This document shows positions 61,972-64,000 of a stretch of 64,000 bases of DNA, piece after piece (positions within the stretch are counted from its first letter, which is position 1; each line of letters starts with the position of its first letter). A program made the position numbers and the translations under genes. Source of the DNA: Candidatus Bathyarchaeota archaeon. GTDB lineage: Archaea; Thermoproteota; Bathyarchaeia; TCS64. The stretch spans positions 29,852-93,851 of the forward strand of contig CAVYLP010000003.1 of the NCBI GenBank assembly GCA_963769425.1, in the 5' to 3' direction. The notes under the pieces are model-generated. The model ran no database searches. It was given only the letters and a program-made list of their open reading frames with translations, and had not been told where the DNA came from.

Positions 61972-62817
61972 GTGTTGATTCGTATGGGCAGACTTGAGGG
62001 TAAGGTCGCGGTGGTCACAGGCGCCACCGGGGGCATAGGCGAGGCGAGCGTCAGACTCTTCGCATCGGAGGGGGCCAGGATCATAGCGGCCGACGTCGAG
62101 GACGAGAGGGGACACCGCCTAGAGAGTGGATTGAAGGGCAAGGTGGTCTACCGCCACACCGATGTCTCGAAGGAGGAGGATGTCAGGGACGCGGTGAAGG
62201 ACGCCGTGGACAACTGGGGGCGCCTAGATGTCATGTTCAACAACGCGGGTATCGTCGGCGCCGTCGGCTCAATAGAGGAGGTGAAGCTAGAGGACTTCGA
62301 TAGGACCCTCAGGGTCAACCTCAGGGGGGCCTTTCTCGGGGTAAAGCACGCCGCCCCCGTGATGAGGAAGCAGGGCTCGGGGAGCATAATAAACACGGCG
62401 AGCACCGCCGCCGTCCTCGCGGGCTTCGGCAACCACATCTACAGCGCCTCGAAGGCGGGGATAGTCCAGCTAACCCGAAGCGTCGCCATGGAGCTTGGGG
62501 AGGCGGGTATCAGGGTGAACTGTGTCAGCCCCGGCTACATACCGACGCCGATGATAGGAATAGCTAGGAGCCTGACCAGGGACCAGGCGGAGGAGAAGAT
62601 GCACATCATCGAGGACGCCTTCAGGGACGCCCAGCCGCTCCGTGGCCCAATAATGCCCGAGGAGGTCGCAAAGGCAGCACTCTTCCTAGCTAGCGATGAT
62701 TCCAAATTCATCACGGGACAGAACCTATTCGTCGACGGCGGAGTCACCGGCGGAAAGATGTGGAGGGACTACCAGAAGGGGACGAACAGTCTCAGGGAGG
62801 CCCTCGAGAAGGGATGA
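61972..62817 (+). CDS. Short-chain dehydrogenase/reductase (SDR)
   Basis: TGATGGIG cofactor motif. YSASKAG catalytic Tyr-x3-Lys. Confidence 0.8.
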   Translation: MLIRMGRLEGKVAVVTGATGGIGEASVRLFASEGARIIAADVEDERGHRLESGLKGKVVYRHTDVSKEEDVRDAVKDAVDNWGRLDVMFNNAGIVGAVGSIEEVKLEDFDRTLRVNLRGAFLGVKHAAPVMRKQGSGSIINTASTAAVLAGFGNHIYSASKAGIVQLTRSVAMELGEAGIRVNCVSPGYIPTPMIGIARSLTRDQAEEKMHIIEDAFRDAQPLRGPIMPEEVAKAALFLASDDSKFITGQNLFVDGGVTGGKMWRDYQKGTNSLREALEKG

Positions 62818-63377
62818 GCGCTAAGGTAACGGTCCTAGGCGTTGCAGGTAGCCCACGCAGAGGAGGAAATACTGAGACACTTCTGGACGAGGTCCTAAGA
62901 GGTGCCAAGGATGCGGGTGCGGAGACTGAGAAGGTGGTCCTCGCACAATCCAACGTTGGCCCCTGTAGAGCATGCAACGCGTGCTCACGGACAGGAATCT
63001 GCATACAAGACGACGACATGGCAGCAATCATCGAGAAGATGAAGGCGTCCAGGGTCTGGGTCCTCGCCACCCCGGTCTACTGGTGGGGCCCAACCGCACA
63101 GATGAAGGCGTTCATAGACAGGTGGTACGCCGTCCCCAGAAAGGAATTCAGGGGCAAGCGCATCATACTCGCCGCCTCCTCGAACGGAGGTGAAACCTAC
63201 CAGAAGCTAATGATAGAGATGTTCAGTGAGATCATCGACTACCTCGGCATGGAGAAGTACCGTGTCCTCCAAGCGGCGGGCACCGACGCGAAGACATCGG
63301 CCAGAAACAACTCCGCCCTCATGGAGGCGGCCCACGCCGCGGGGTTCGACGCTGTCAAGACGCTGAGTGATCCTTGA
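62814..63377 (+). CDS. NADPH-dependent FMN reductase / iron-sulfur flavoprotein-like protein. Its start overlaps the SDR stop (ATGA).
   Basis: MSAKVTVLGVAGSPRRGGNTE flavodoxin-like P-loop. CRACNACSRTGIC cluster motif. Annotated ORF 62760..63377. Confidence 0.6.
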   Translation: MSAKVTVLGVAGSPRRGGNTETLLDEVLRGAKDAGAETEKVVLAQSNVGPCRACNACSRTGICIQDDDMAAIIEKMKASRVWVLATPVYWWGPTAQMKAFIDRWYAVPRKEFRGKRIILAASSNGGETYQKLMIEMFSEIIDYLGMEKYRVLQAAGTDAKTSARNNSALMEAAHAAGFDAVKTLSDP

Positions 63378-63853
63378 AGCCGTCGATCGTTACCATCTCT
63401 TCCCTGACCTTCCACCCGCAGTCACGGCAGGTGTTATCGTACCACGATAGGGGGTAACCGCATCTTTGGCAGTTCCACCGCTCCGCCTGCTCCCTCAGCC
63501 AGCCTTCCGAGCCGCCGGATTCGATCACCTTCAGGGACCCCATGAGCGTCCTCGCCCCTGTAGGCGGAGAAGTCGACGATGTACTTGTAGTCGGGGCACT
63601 CTTCGAACTCATCGCATTGGGCACAGTTCTCTATGCCTCTCTTCTTCTGGCAGGCCTTGATGCCACACTTCTGGCAGTTTATCCACTGCTCCTCGTATGG
63701 TGAGGAGCAGCCGTTGCACTTTATCTCGTCCTCGGGGACGTTGAATCGCCTCGCCATCTCCTTGAGGAGTTCCCCGCCGTCCCTCTCCGCTCTGTAGATG
63801 AAGCATGCGCCGCAGTATATTCCGCATTTGCTGATGAGTCTCTCGTCGACCAC
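63355..63853 (-). pseudogene. Cys-rich DUF3795-like protein, apparently frameshifted
   Basis: 63434..63853 gives the N-terminal CGIYCGAC...CNGC...CQKC...CAQC. 63355..63624 gives the C-terminal ...WNCQRCG...CRDCG in another frame. Confidence 0.35.
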
Positions 63854-64000
63854 GATTCAGAGTTACTAAACAAACCGTTTAAACCCACCCTCTCCGAGGG
63901 AACGATTAATCTCGGCGGTCGAGCTAGACAACTTAGTGATGACTGCTTTGATGGAGAAGATGCAGTGGGACATCGCGCAGCTGGTCGAGAACACGGACCC

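Overview
This 64 kb window is archaeal. Evidence: TatA/TatC with a C-terminal zinc ribbon, a PGF-CTERM surface protein, an intron-containing tRNA whose gene encodes CCA, short gene spacing and tiny Zn-finger genes.

Composition is chimeric. Positions 1-8400 are very AT-rich (about 25-30% GC). Positions 8400-16500 are intermediate. The rest is GC-rich (about 55-60%).

The low-GC block is a surface-glycan island (features 8-14936): a large polytopic membrane protein, GT1 and GT2 glycosyltransferases, a DUF354-like protein, two FemAB-like/polysaccharide-deacetylase pairs, three tandem GNAT paralogs and a Gfo/Idh/MocA oxidoreductase.

The GC-rich part encodes:
- tatA-tatC plus a second, frameshifted tatA
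- a PvcA-like gene
- tRNA-Met(CAT) with a non-canonical intron
- alanine racemase
- a coxII fragment truncated by an IS4/IS5-family insertion sequence with 22-bp terminal inverted repeats (a second, degenerate copy sits at 45917-46748)
- a decayed DUF1254/DUF1214 gene
- argH
- an M28-like peptidase
- a sulfur-relay cluster (TusE/DsrC-like, DsrE-like, cupin, ThiI-like PP-loop ATPase)
- two tandem paralogs of unknown function
- a five-gene membrane module with an M29-like aminopeptidase
- a MutL (glutamate-mutase accessory)-family ASKHA ATPase with an uncharacterised partner and no B12 mutase nearby
- a D-aminoacylase
- katG divergent from a Fur/PerR regulator
- NifU-like protein, cysteine desulfurase and a Mop-type molybdenum aldehyde oxidoreductase
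- a YVTN-repeat PGF-CTERM surface protein
- MFS, SDR, flavoprotein and hydrolase genes

An unusually large number of genes carry single frameshifts or in-frame stops. These are tatA2, katG, D-aminoacylase, DUF354, the GNAT genes, the Gfo/Idh gene, the PvcA-like gene and the DUF3795-like gene. This is either genome decay or indel-type sequencing error.

The candidates I would look at first are the MutL-family/partner pair with its downstream membrane module (36116-42291), the tandem GHG-motif paralogs (32933-34703), the sulfur-relay cluster, and the repeat-dense intergenic region at 56750-57130.
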